Shown: positions 53,697 through 63,229 of the stretch, in pieces | Position numbering within the stretch: position 1 is the first letter of the stretch | Layout of the letters: the number at the start of each line of letters is the position of its first letter | Source of the DNA: an uncultured delta proteobacterium | GTDB taxonomy: Bacteria; Desulfobacterota; Binatia; DP-6 | Direction of reading: 5' to 3' | DNA length: 64,000 bases | Assembly: GCA_963815115.1 (NCBI GenBank) | Contig: CAWFFN010000008.1 | Location: 576,001-640,000, forward strand | Made by a program: the position numbers and the translations under genes | Notes under the pieces: model-generated | The model's database searches: none | What the model was told of the DNA's origin: nothing | What the model saw: the letters and a program-made list of their open reading frames with translations, nothing else

Positions 53697-55270
53697 CGCA
53701 CGCCTCCGCTTAGTCGATCCCCCGCTCGATTGCAAAAATGATCGATGAGGGCAGCCGCCAGACCCTGCGCCGTGTAGTCCTCGGGGCACACGTGCACGGT
53801 GAGGCCGGCTTCTCGCGCCGTCTCCGCCGTGACGGGGCCGATGCAGGCAACGACCGGGCCCGGGGAGCGTCCGAGCCGGGCAGTCTCCTCCCGCCCGAGC
53901 AGCTCGGCGAAGTTCCGCACCGTCGAGCTGCTGGTGAAGGTGAGGGCGTCGATCGCACCCGCGGCGAGTGCCGCGCGGAGGCCCTCGACGTCGGCGTCGG
54001 GCGGCCGCACCGCCTGGTACGCGATGACCTCGTCGACGTGCGCGCCGCGCGCGGCGAGGGTCTCGGGGAGCACGCGACGTGCGCCGGCGGCCCGCGGCAG
54101 CAGGATGCGCCTCCCGCGCACGTCCTCGCGATCGAGGGCCTCGAGCAACCCCTCGGCCCGGTACTCCCGCGGCACGACCGCGGGCCGCAGCAGGCGGCGC
54201 TCCAGCTCCGCCGCCGTCTCCGGGCCGATGACGCCGATTCGCACCCCGGCCAGCTCCCGGACGTCTCCACCCCGCGCGGCGAAGCGCGCGAAGAAGGCGC
54301 GGACGCCGTTGGCGCTGGTGAAGAGCAGCCAGTCGTAGCCGGCGGCGGTCGCCGCCGCGTGCTCGAGCGCGGCGGGGTCCGGCGGCGGAGCGATGGCGAT
54401 GGTCGGGAAGAGGATCACCTCGGCCCCCGCGTCTTCCAGGACGCGCGCCAGCTCCCCGGCCTGCTCGCGCGGACGCGTCACCACGACGCGGCGGCCGAGC
54501 AGCGGGCGATCCTCGAACCAGCGCACGTGCTCGCGCAGGGAAACGACGCCGCCGATGACGAGCACGGCGGGGGCCGGAACGCCGGCAGCTTGCACGCGCT
54601 CGGCGAGCGTCGCGGCGGTGCCTTCGACCGTGCGCTGGCTTCCCAGCGTCCCGCGGTGCACGAGCGCGGCCGGTGTCGCCGGGTCGAGGCCCGCACCGAT
54701 CAGTGCGGCCAGCACCTTCGCCAGCTGCCGCACCGCCATCAGGAACACCAGCGTGCCGCCCTGGCGGGCCAGGGCCGCCCAGGGCAGGTCGGGAGGACCC
54801 GGCTCGGCCGCTCCTGGCGGGCAGGCCTGGTGGCCGGTGGCGATGGTGACGAGCGAGGCGTGGTCGCGATGGGTGACCGGGATGCCGGCGTAGGCGAGCG
54901 CGGCGATGGCGGAGGTGACGCCGGGAACCACCTCGAAGGCGATGCCGGCAGCGCGCAGCGCCTGCGCCTCCTCGGCGCCGCGCCCGAAGACGAACGGATC
55001 GCCGTTCTTGAGCCGGACGACGAGCCGCCCGACACGCGCGCGGTCGATCAGCAGCTTCTCGATCTCGGCCTGCGAGAGGCGATCGCCCTCCCCGTGGGGA
55101 CGGCCCACGGCCACCACCTCGGCATCGGGACGCACCGACTCGAGGAGCCGGCGGTGCACGAGGTCGTCGTGCACCACGACGTCGGCGGCCGCGAGCCAGC
55201 GCTGCCCGCGCACCGTGAGCAGCCCGGGATCGCCGGGGCCGGCGCCGACGAGCACGACGCGCCCGCTCAT
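53693..55270 (-). CDS. cobA: Uroporphyrinogen-III C-methyltransferase / uroporphyrinogen-III synthase fusion (CobA-HemD)
   Basis: LVGAGPGDP, RLKNGDPFVFGRG, then VVTRP, FTSANGV, FTSSSTV, CIGPVTA. Confidence 0.95.
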   Translation of the reverse strand: MSGRVVLVGAGPGDPGLLTVRGQRWLAAADVVVHDDLVHRRLLESVRPDAEVVAVGRPHGEGDRLSQAEIEKLLIDRARVGRLVVRLKNGDPFVFGRGAEEAQALRAAGIAFEVVPGVTSAIAALAYAGIPVTHRDHASLVTIATGHQACPPGAAEPGPPDLPWAALARQGGTLVFLMAVRQLAKVLAALIGAGLDPATPAALVHRGTLGSQRTVEGTAATLAERVQAAGVPAPAVLVIGGVVSLREHVRWFEDRPLLGRRVVVTRPREQAGELARVLEDAGAEVILFPTIAIAPPPDPAALEHAAATAAGYDWLLFTSANGVRAFFARFAARGGDVRELAGVRIGVIGPETAAELERRLLRPAVVPREYRAEGLLEALDREDVRGRRILLPRAAGARRVLPETLAARGAHVDEVIAYQAVRPPDADVEGLRAALAAGAIDALTFTSSSTVRNFAELLGREETARLGRSPGPVVACIGPVTAETAREAGLTVHVCPEDYTAQGLAAALIDHFCNRAGDRLSGGVR

Positions 55271-56184
55271 CGCCCGAGCACCCGGCCCGCACCGCGGCCG
55301 AGCAGGCGCTGCGCGAGGTCGCACCCGAGCGCCTCGGCGTCGGCGCGCGGCGCCTCTCCCTCGCCGTCGAACCACTCCCGTCCCTCGAGATCGCTGACCT
55401 GCGCGCGCAGTGCGACCCGGCCGTCGTCGATCCGCGCGTGGGCGGCCATCGGGGTATTGCAGTCCCCACCGATGGCGATCAGGAACGCGCGCTCGGCGGC
55501 CACCGCGACCGTGGAGTCCGGATCGGCGAAGGCAGCGAGCAGCGCGCGCGTTGCCGTGTCGTCGACGCGGCACTCGATGGCGAGCGCCCCCTGCCCCACC
55601 GCGGGAAGCAGCTCGTCGGTCTCCAGCGGCGTGGCCGCGGGCTCGCTGACGCCGAGTCGCACCAGGCCCGCCGAGGCGAGGACGAGCGCGTCCACCTCCC
55701 CGGCCCGCCACTTCGCGAGGCGTGTGTCGACGTTGCCGCGCAGGAACACCACGCCGAGATCGCGGCGACGGGCGAGGAGCTGGGCGCGCCGGCGCACGCT
55801 GGCCGTCCCGATGCGCGCGCCGGGCGGAAGCCCCGCGAGCCCGCCGCCTCCGCCCCCCACGAGGACGTCGCGCGCGTCGGCGCGGGCGGGGATCGCGCCG
55901 ATCGCGAGTCCCGGCGCGAGCGCCGCCGGAACGTCCTTCATGGAATGCACGGCGCAGTCGATCCGCCGGTCGGCCAGCGCCTCCTCCAGCTCCTTCACGA
56001 ACAGGCCCTTGCCGCCGACCGGCGCCAGGGACCCCTGCGACAGGCGGTCACCGCTGGTCCGGATCAGCACCATCTCGACCTCGAGCCCGGGGTGGAGCCG
56101 CTCGAGGGCGACACCGACCTGCCCGCTCTGGGCGCGCGCAAGCGCGCTCGCGCGCGTGCCCACGCGAAGGGTGCGAGCGGGCAC
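55267..56184 (-). CDS. hemC: Hydroxymethylbilane synthase
   Basis: GTRASALA, GKGLFVKE, VHSMKD, RGNVDTRL, GGDCNTP. Confidence 0.97.
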   Translation of the reverse strand: MPARTLRVGTRASALARAQSGQVGVALERLHPGLEVEMVLIRTSGDRLSQGSLAPVGGKGLFVKELEEALADRRIDCAVHSMKDVPAALAPGLAIGAIPARADARDVLVGGGGGGLAGLPPGARIGTASVRRRAQLLARRRDLGVVFLRGNVDTRLAKWRAGEVDALVLASAGLVRLGVSEPAATPLETDELLPAVGQGALAIECRVDDTATRALLAAFADPDSTVAVAAERAFLIAIGGDCNTPMAAHARIDDGRVALRAQVSDLEGREWFDGEGEAPRADAEALGCDLAQRLLGRGAGRVLGR

Positions 56185-56188
56185 GGCG

Positions 56189-57485
56189 TCAGCTCTCCTC
56201 GTCGTCCGGCGGCTCGTCCCTGCCGAGACGGAAGAGGGACCGCGCCGCCTCGATGTAGAACGACTCGCCGCGCACCGCCTGGTGGCGGCGGAGCGCCGTC
56301 ACCGGATGATGCAGGATCTTGTTCACGATGGCGCGGGTCAGGCGCTCGACCGCCTCGCGATGGCGGAGATCGGCCGAGCCCAGGGACGCGAGATGGCGCT
56401 CCACCTCGGCTTGCCGGATGGCTTCCACCTTGTCGCGCAGGGCGACGATCGTGGGCACGACGTCGAGCCCCTGGAGCCAGGTCCAGAAGGACTCGACCTC
56501 GGCCTCCACGATGGCCTCGGCCCGGACCGCCTCGCCGGCACGCGCTCCCCGGTTCTCGGCGACGATCCCGTCGAGGTCGTCGACGTCGAACAGATACACG
56601 CCGTCCAGCGCGTTGACGGCGGGGTCGATCGAGCGCGGCACCGCGAGGTCGATGAGGAGCATCGGGCGGCCCCGGCGCTCGCGCATGGCCTCCTCCATCG
56701 GTCCGGGGCGGACCAGGAGATCGCCACCCGCGGCGCTGATCACGAGGTCGGCGTGCGGCAGCATCCGGGCCGCGCGCTCGAGCGGGACGGCGAGGCCGCC
56801 CAGCTCGCGCGCGACGTCGGCGGCACGCTCGAAGGTACGGTTCGCCACCATGAGCGTTCCGACGCCCCGTGCCAGGAGCGCGCGCGCCGTGAGCTCGCCC
56901 ATCGTCCCCGCACCGAGCAGGAGCACCGTCTTGTCGGCGAAGTGATCGAAGATTTCGCCGGCGAGCTCGACCGCCGCGGAGCCCACCGACACGGCCCTCT
57001 CGGCAATCCCGGTCTCGCTGCGGATGCGCTTGGCCACCGAGAACGACTTGTGGAAGCAGCGATGCAGCACCCGGCCAGAGGCTCCGGCCGCCGCCGCCGC
57101 GGCGTACTGCTCCTTCAGCTGGCCGAGGGATCTGCGGCTCGCCCACCACCATCGAGTCGAGACTCGCCGCGACCCGGAAGAGATGCCGGATCGCCTCGCG
57201 ATCGCGGTGGGTGTAGAGGCTCCCGGCCAGCTCGTCGGCGCCGAGCCGGTGCGCGTCGGCGAGGAAGGCCGGTAGCTCGGCCGCGACCGCGTCCGGATCA
57301 CGCCCGCACGCCACCACCTCGACGCGGTTGCAGGTGGAGACGATCACGGCCTCGTTCACGTTGGGTAGCGCGACGAGGCCGCGCAGTGCGAGGTCGAGGC
57401 GCCCATTGGTGAACGCCACGCGCTCGCGCACCTCCACCGGGGCGGTGTGGTGGCTCAACCCGACGAGGACGATGCGCTGGCTCAC
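56189..57485 (-). pseudogene. hemA: Glutamyl-tRNA reductase with a one-base insertion at about 57127-57129 (probable sequencing error)
   Basis: STCNRVE and SLDSMVVGEPQI in one frame; LGQLK and GAGTMG in another; ATC-C-CTC-GGC has one extra C. Confidence 0.92.
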
Positions 57486-57486
57486 G

Positions 57487-58308
57487 CTAGAATGCCCGGC
57501 CGTGAATCCCGAGTCCGAGAAGGTTGACGCCGACGAGCGAGACGACGATCACCGCGAAGCCGGCGATGGTGAGCTGAGCGGCCCAGCGGCCGCGCCAGCC
57601 GGCCGTCATGCGGCCCTGGAGCAGCACCATGTAGAGCGCCCATACGAGCAGCGTGGTGAGCAGCTTGGGATCGCTCAACCAGAAGCCGCGTCCCCAGGCC
57701 TCGTGGGCCCACACGATGCCGGTGACGATGCCGAGCGTCAGCAGGATCAGCCCCCACTTGAGGCAGGTGTGGCTCACCTGGTCGAGGCGCTCGAGGGACG
57801 GCAGATGGCGCAGCACGCCGCGCCCGCGGTGGGTCTTCAGGCGCCGCTCCTGGATCAGGTAGAGCACGCTCGCGCTGCAGGCGATGGCGAACACCGCGTC
57901 GCCCAGGAAGGCCAGCAGCACGTGCACCGGCAGCCAGACGCTGTGCAGGATGGCGGGCAGGGGCTGGGCGCCCCCCTTGAGCACGCTCGCGAACGAGGTG
58001 AGCCCGAACACGATCGGCATCACGACCGCGCCGAGCGCCAGGAGAGGCCCGCGAAGCTGGACGGCGAGGAACAGGACGACCAGCAGCACCGCGAGCAGCG
58101 ACAGGCCCTCGCCGAAGTTGGCGACCGGAAGGTCGCCGACGAGGACGGTGCGGATGACGATGGAGATCACGTGCAGGACCAGGCCCGCTCCCACCAGCCA
58201 GAGAAAGAGACGGCTCGGGAAATCGCGGCGGACCGCGATGCCGGTGAGCGCCGCCACGGTGGCGGCGAGATAGAGCCCGGCGGCTCCGCGTAGCAGCACG
58301 ATCTCCAT
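57487..58308 (-). CDS. ccsA: CcsA/HemX-like cytochrome c assembly family membrane protein
   Basis: About 8 TMs; WLPVH, YLIQERRLK, LPSLERLD, WLSDPK, GWRGR. Confidence 0.85.
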   Translation of the reverse strand: MEIVLLRGAAGLYLAATVAALTGIAVRRDFPSRLFLWLVGAGLVLHVISIVIRTVLVGDLPVANFGEGLSLLAVLLVVLFLAVQLRGPLLALGAVVMPIVFGLTSFASVLKGGAQPLPAILHSVWLPVHVLLAFLGDAVFAIACSASVLYLIQERRLKTHRGRGVLRHLPSLERLDQVSHTCLKWGLILLTLGIVTGIVWAHEAWGRGFWLSDPKLLTTLLVWALYMVLLQGRMTAGWRGRWAAQLTIAGFAVIVVSLVGVNLLGLGIHGRAF

Positions 58309-58961
58309 CAGGCCGATCCTTCCACGCCGAGCTGCTCGAGCGTACAGCCGTCGCCGACGATCCCGGCCAGCAGGCGATCGACGGATCCCCGATCCCCCCG
58401 CCGCAGTAGATCGAGCAGCGGAGAGTCGAGCAGCGCCGCCAGCACCGCCGCCCGGTCGCCGCCGCGGCACGCCCGCCGCACGGCCCCCAGGATGGCGACG
58501 AACGCCCCGTACTCGGGTCCGACGGTCTGGGCGAGCTCGTCACGCAGGCGCACGGCCAGCCCGGGGCTGGCTCCCCCGGTCCCGATCGCGACCAGCAGGT
58601 CGCCCCGCGCCAGCACCGCGGGAGAGAGGAAGTCGCACGCCTCCGGCACGTCGATCACGTTGAGCAGGACGCCCTCGCGCCCTGCCTCCGCCCGGAGAGC
58701 CCGGATGCGCTCGGGGTCGCGCGTCGAGGCATAGGCGAGCAGCGCGCCGTGCAGGTCGCCCGGCCGGTAGTCCCGCTCCAGCCACGCGATCGTGCGCGAG
58801 CTGGCCAGCTCGCGCAACGCGGGCGTGAGCTCGGCTGCGATCACGGTCAGCTCGGCTCCCGCCCGGTGGCAGGACCGCACCTTGTCCTCGATCACCGGGT
58901 CCCCGCCGACCGCGACGCAGCGGCGGCCTTCGAGGCACAGGAACACCGGATGGGTGCGCAT
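58308..58961 (-). CDS. Precorrin-2 dehydrogenase / sirohydrochlorin ferrochelatase (SirC/Met8p, CysG N-terminal type)
   Basis: PVFLCLEGRRCVAVGG, NVIDVPEACDF, AIGTGGASP. Confidence 0.9.
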   Translation of the reverse strand: MRTHPVFLCLEGRRCVAVGGDPVIEDKVRSCHRAGAELTVIAAELTPALRELASSRTIAWLERDYRPGDLHGALLAYASTRDPERIRALRAEAGREGVLLNVIDVPEACDFLSPAVLARGDLLVAIGTGGASPGLAVRLRDELAQTVGPEYGAFVAILGAVRRACRGGDRAAVLAALLDSPLLDLLRRGDRGSVDRLLAGIVGDGCTLEQLGVEGSA

Positions 58962-59022
58962 GCGCCTCGGGATGCTACCAGAACGCTCCCGGCCCCGGAA
59001 CTCGCAGGGCCGGGGCCGGACA

Positions 59023-60399
59023 TCACGTGTCGCCGGGGATCCTGAGCACCTGTCCGGGCCGCACCTGGCTGCGAGCGCCGAGCCGGTTGGCCGTGCAGAG
59101 CGCCTCGAGGCTGACGCCGTAGTGGTCCGCGATCCCGGCCAGCGTCTGACCCGGCTTCACGCGGTGCGTGGCCATGGGGCTCTCGGCGCGGTGGTCCTGA
59201 TCGTCGCGTGGATCGGGCGTCGCGCGCGCGACGCGCTCCTCGGGGGCGGCCTGCGCGAGCCGCGACGAGAAGGCGTCGGCCCCTTCGGCGGGAACGCGGA
59301 GCCCGTAGCCGGCGGGGATGGGAGTGCGTCCCGAGACGACCGGGTCCATGAGGGCGGGGTTCAGGTCGGCGAGACCGACACGATCGATGCGGGCGACCTG
59401 CGCGGCGGTCATGATGTCGACCGGCCGGTCGAGCATGATGGTGCGGGTCGGTGGCAGGGGCTCGCGGGGAAGGCGGCCGAAATACGAGTCGGCATTCTTG
59501 TCGACGTCGAGCGCGGCCAGGAACTCTGCGTAGAAGTTCCGCGACGAGAAGCCCCATCCCGGGCCGTCGTAGTAGCGGATGAGCGCCGCGATGTCGGTGC
59601 TGCCGGTCGCCTCGACGCCCCGCGCGACACCGGCGGGGCCGTGATTGTACGCCGTGATGGCCAGCGGCCAGTTGCCCAGCCGATCGTAGCTGCCGGTCAG
59701 GAAGCGCGCCGCCGCACGCGTCGACGCGATCGGGTCGCGCCGCTCGTCGACGGTGCCGTTGACCGTCATGTAGAGGCGGCCCGTTCCCGGCATGAACTGC
59801 CACACACCGGTCGCCCCGACCTTCGAGTAGGCGTCGAGGTTGAAGCAGGATTCGATGAGCGGCAGGCGCGTCAGCTCGGGCGGCAGGCCTTCCTCGGTGA
59901 AGATGCGCTCCATCTCCGGGAAGTATCGTCGTGCGGTGCGGTAGCCCGCGCTGAAGCGCTCGCGGATGCCGTGCTGCCAGCGCAGCCGCCTATCGTCGGC
60001 CGCCCGCGTGAACTTGTAGGGATCGGGATCGTTCTTGAAGAGATCGTAGATGCGCTGCTCGTCGGGCTGAAGGGACGAGCGCGGTGCTCCGTCCTGCAGG
60101 CGTTGGAAGAGCGCCTTCAGGCGCGCCTCTTCCGCCTCGGCAGCGTCCTTCTTGTACGGCTCGATCTCGGGCTGGGTCATCCCCGCCTGGGTGTAGGAGC
60201 GGAAGTCGAGGACGCTGTAGATCCGGTCGAGATCGGCCGTGTCATGCACCACGATCTGGTCCTGCGAGTAGACCGTGAAGATGCTCCGCCAGAAGCGGAT
60301 CTGGTGCTCCATCTCCGCGGGACGCGGCCACGAGGCTGCCCCCGGACGCTGGGGGAAGCTCAGGAGGATCGTGAGTGCCAGGAGGATTGCTGAACGCAT
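59023..60399 (-). CDS. mltD: Lytic transglycosylase with LysM (MltD-like)
   Basis: LPLIES, GATGVWQFMPGTG, AYNHG, C-terminal LysM HRVKPGQTL. Confidence 0.9.
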   Translation of the reverse strand: MRSAILLALTILLSFPQRPGAASWPRPAEMEHQIRFWRSIFTVYSQDQIVVHDTADLDRIYSVLDFRSYTQAGMTQPEIEPYKKDAAEAEEARLKALFQRLQDGAPRSSLQPDEQRIYDLFKNDPDPYKFTRAADDRRLRWQHGIRERFSAGYRTARRYFPEMERIFTEEGLPPELTRLPLIESCFNLDAYSKVGATGVWQFMPGTGRLYMTVNGTVDERRDPIASTRAAARFLTGSYDRLGNWPLAITAYNHGPAGVARGVEATGSTDIAALIRYYDGPGWGFSSRNFYAEFLAALDVDKNADSYFGRLPREPLPPTRTIMLDRPVDIMTAAQVARIDRVGLADLNPALMDPVVSGRTPIPAGYGLRVPAEGADAFSSRLAQAAPEERVARATPDPRDDQDHRAESPMATHRVKPGQTLAGIADHYGVSLEALCTANRLGARSQVRPGQVLRIPGDT

Positions 60400-60533
60400 A
60401 GAGAGCTCCCACCGCCGCGCAGCCGGTCGCCGTTGGCGCCGTAAGGTACCAAACGGCTCCCCGGATAGTCAATCAGTTGTCCAGTAATCTCCGGGGCTTG
60501 GCGATGGCTTCCGGAAGGATCGCGGGCCCGAGG

Positions 60534-61349
60534 TCAGCGCTGGCAGCGCGCGCAGTAGAAGGTCGAGCGTCCGGTGACGACGCAGGCCCGGACCAGCCCG
60601 CCACAGCGCCGGCAGGGCTCGCCGGCCCGGTCGTAGACCTGGTGCCGCCGCTGGTAGGAGCCGGACCGCTCGAAGCCGTCGCGGTAGTCCGAGATCGACG
60701 ATCCGCCGCGTCGGATGGCCGCCGCCAGGATCGATCGTGTGGCGGCCGCCAGGCGCGCGCATTCCGCTCGCGTGAGCCGACCGGCGCGCCGGCGCGGCCG
60801 GACCCCGGCCCGGAAGAGTATCTCGTTCACGTAGATGTTGCCCAGGCCCGCGATCTCGCGCTGGTCCATGAGCAGGGACTTCACCGTGGTGCGGCCATGG
60901 CGGCGCGAGCGCTCGTGCAGGAACTCGGCGGTGAGAGCGGGCGACAGCGCGTCGACCCCGGCGGCGGTCTCCGCTTCCATCGCGTCGGCCGCGATCACCG
61001 CCAGCCGGCCGAAGCGGCGCGGGTCGTTGTAGGTGAGCAACCGGCCGTCGTCGAGGCGCACCACGACGTGGTCGTGCGGGCGCTCGGGCCGGTCCCGCGC
61101 TCCGAGCGTCAGGCGTCCGGTCATGCCGAGATGCACCAGCCAGAGCCTGCCGTCGTCGAGAGCGAGCAGCATGAACTTGCCGTGGCGGCTCATGCCGGCG
61201 ATGCGGCGGCCCGTCAGCCGGACCCCGAAGTCGGGCGCGATGGGCGTCCGCAGGCGAGGCTCGCGGACCTCGACGGCGGCGATGCGGCGCGCGCACAGCA
61301 CGGGCTCCAGACCGCGCACGATGGTCTCGACCTCGGGCAGCTCCGGCAC
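60534..61349 (-). CDS. mutM: Formamidopyrimidine-DNA glycosylase
   Basis: PELPEVET, HLGMTG, GLGNIY, C-terminal zinc finger. Confidence 0.97.
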   Translation of the reverse strand: MPELPEVETIVRGLEPVLCARRIAAVEVREPRLRTPIAPDFGVRLTGRRIAGMSRHGKFMLLALDDGRLWLVHLGMTGRLTLGARDRPERPHDHVVVRLDDGRLLTYNDPRRFGRLAVIAADAMEAETAAGVDALSPALTAEFLHERSRRHGRTTVKSLLMDQREIAGLGNIYVNEILFRAGVRPRRRAGRLTRAECARLAAATRSILAAAIRRGGSSISDYRDGFERSGSYQRRHQVYDRAGEPCRRCGGLVRACVVTGRSTFYCARCQR

Positions 61350-61352
61350 GCG

Positions 61353-62195
61353 TCACCCCTCGAGCGCGCCGGCGAGGCGCGCGAAGTCCGCCAGAGCGAG
61401 CGTCTCCGCGCGCGCCCGCGGGTCGACGTCGGCGCGCGCGAACCACGCCGTCTGCGCCGCGGCCGACAGCCCGCGCGCCGCCGCCAGCGCCGCGAGCGCG
61501 TTGCGCAGCATCTTGCGGCGCTGGCCGAAGGCTGCACGCACGACCGCCTCGTACGTCGCGGGATCGTCGAGCGGGACGCGCGGGGCGGGCGTGAAACGCA
61601 GGACGGCGACCGCGGAATCGACGCGGGGCGGCGGCAGGAAGCTCCGCCGCGAGACGCCGAACGCCACCCGCACCTCGGCGTGGGTCTGCACCATCACCGA
61701 CAGCGCGCCGCGCGCGTCGGCCCCGGGCGGCGCCGCGAGCCGGGCGGCCACCTCGCGCTGCAGCATCACGACGGCGCGCGGGATGCGGGCGCGCAGCGCG
61801 AGCAGGCGGAAGAGCACCGGGGTCGAGATGTTGTACGGCAGGTTCGCCACCACGGTGATCTGGTCGTCCTCGAGCAAGGTCTCGAGCGGCAGCCTGAGCA
61901 CGTCGCCGACGAGGACGCGCACGTGCGCTCTCCCGGCGTGGCGCTCGGTCAGCCGCGCCGCCAGACCGCGGTCGATCTCGACCAGGTAGAGCCGCGCCGC
62001 GCGCGCCGCGAGCTCGTCGGTGAGGGCACCCAGCCCGGGACCGATCTCGAGCACCGCGGCGCCGGGCTGCAGGTCCGCCGCGCCGACGATGCGGCGAGCC
62101 ACGGCGGGGTCGCACAGGAAGTGCTGGCCCCAGCGTTTCTGCGGCCGGAGCCCGGCGGCGGCGAGCGCGGCCCGCGCCTCCCGCCGTGCCCCCAT
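61353..62195 (-). CDS. rsmA: 16S rRNA dimethyladenosine transferase
   Basis: GQHFL, EIGPGLG, ANLPYNI, PPPRVDSAV, QRRKMLRN. Confidence 0.96.
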   Translation of the reverse strand: MGARREARAALAAAGLRPQKRWGQHFLCDPAVARRIVGAADLQPGAAVLEIGPGLGALTDELAARAARLYLVEIDRGLAARLTERHAGRAHVRVLVGDVLRLPLETLLEDDQITVVANLPYNISTPVLFRLLALRARIPRAVVMLQREVAARLAAPPGADARGALSVMVQTHAEVRVAFGVSRRSFLPPPRVDSAVAVLRFTPAPRVPLDDPATYEAVVRAAFGQRRKMLRNALAALAAARGLSAAAQTAWFARADVDPRARAETLALADFARLAGALEG

Positions 62196-63214
62196 CAGCC
62201 GGACCAGGGCACGCCGAACGGCAGCGCCGCGTCCGCCTCGACGGCGAGGTCGTCGCGGTCACCCGCGGCGAGGCGAGCCCATCCCGCCAGCGCCACCATG
62301 GCGGCGTTGTCCGTGCACAGCGCGGGCCGCGGGACGACGACCTCGACCCCGCGTTCCTCGCCCAGCGCCGCCATGCGCTCGCGCAGCCGCCGGTTCGCCG
62401 ACACGCCACCGGCGACGACCAGCCGCTCGGCGCCGGTGGCATCGAGGCCCTCCGTGGTGGTGGCGACCAGCATGTCGACCAGCGCCTCCTGGACGCTGGC
62501 GGCGATGTCCGGCAGCTCGTCGCGGGTCGGCGGGTGGTCGCGCACGTGCTGCCACACGGCCGTCTTGAAGCCGCTGAAGCTCAGGTCGAAGCGGCCCCGC
62601 TTGAGGCGCGCCCGCGGGAAGCGGAACGCCGTCGGGTTGCCCTCGCGCGCCAGGCGATCGATCGCCGGGCCGCCCGGATACCCGAGCCCGAGCGCCTTGG
62701 CGACCTTGTCGAATGCCTCCCCGACGGCGTCGTCACGGGTCTTGCCGAGGCACGCGTAGTCGCCCGGGCCGCGCGCCAGGTAGAGACCCGAGTGCCCACC
62801 CGAGACGACGAGACCGAGGAACGGGAAGCGCACCGGATCGTCGGCTCCGCGGTCCAGGTTGGCGGCGAGCAGATGACCCTCCAGGTGGTTCACGCCCACC
62901 AACGGGATGTCGCGCCGGAGCGCGATGCCCTTCGCGACGGAGAGGCCGACCAGGAGCGACCCGATCAGGCCAGGCCCCCGCGTCACCGCGATCCCGCCGA
63001 CCTGCTCCAGCCCGACGTCCGCCCGCCGCAGCGCCGCGTCCACCACCGCGAGCATGTTGCGCACGTGGTGGCGAGAGGCCAGCTCCGGGACGACGCCGCC
63101 GTAGGGCCCGTGCACCGCGTCCTGCGACGACACGATCGACGACACGAGGCGGCCGTCCCGCAGGACGGCCGCCGCCGAGTCGTCGCAGGAGCTCTCGAGC
63201 CCGAGGACGAGCAC
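62195..63214 (-). CDS. tsaD: tRNA t6A synthase subunit TsaD
   Basis: LESSCDD, GGVVPELASR, HLEGH, SGGHS, DDAVGEAFDK, TDNAAM. Confidence 0.97.
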   Translation of the reverse strand: MLVLGLESSCDDSAAAVLRDGRLVSSIVSSQDAVHGPYGGVVPELASRHHVRNMLAVVDAALRRADVGLEQVGGIAVTRGPGLIGSLLVGLSVAKGIALRRDIPLVGVNHLEGHLLAANLDRGADDPVRFPFLGLVVSGGHSGLYLARGPGDYACLGKTRDDAVGEAFDKVAKALGLGYPGGPAIDRLAREGNPTAFRFPRARLKRGRFDLSFSGFKTAVWQHVRDHPPTRDELPDIAASVQEALVDMLVATTTEGLDATGAERLVVAGGVSANRRLRERMAALGEERGVEVVVPRPALCTDNAAMVALAGWARLAAGDRDDLAVEADAALPFGVPWSG

Positions 63215-63229
63215 TCCGCTCGCCTCGCC

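Noticed and set aside
53738-57412. 1224-aa ORF on the + strand
   Set aside because: Antisense shadow of cobA-hemD/hemC/hemA caused by high GC; no recognisable motifs.
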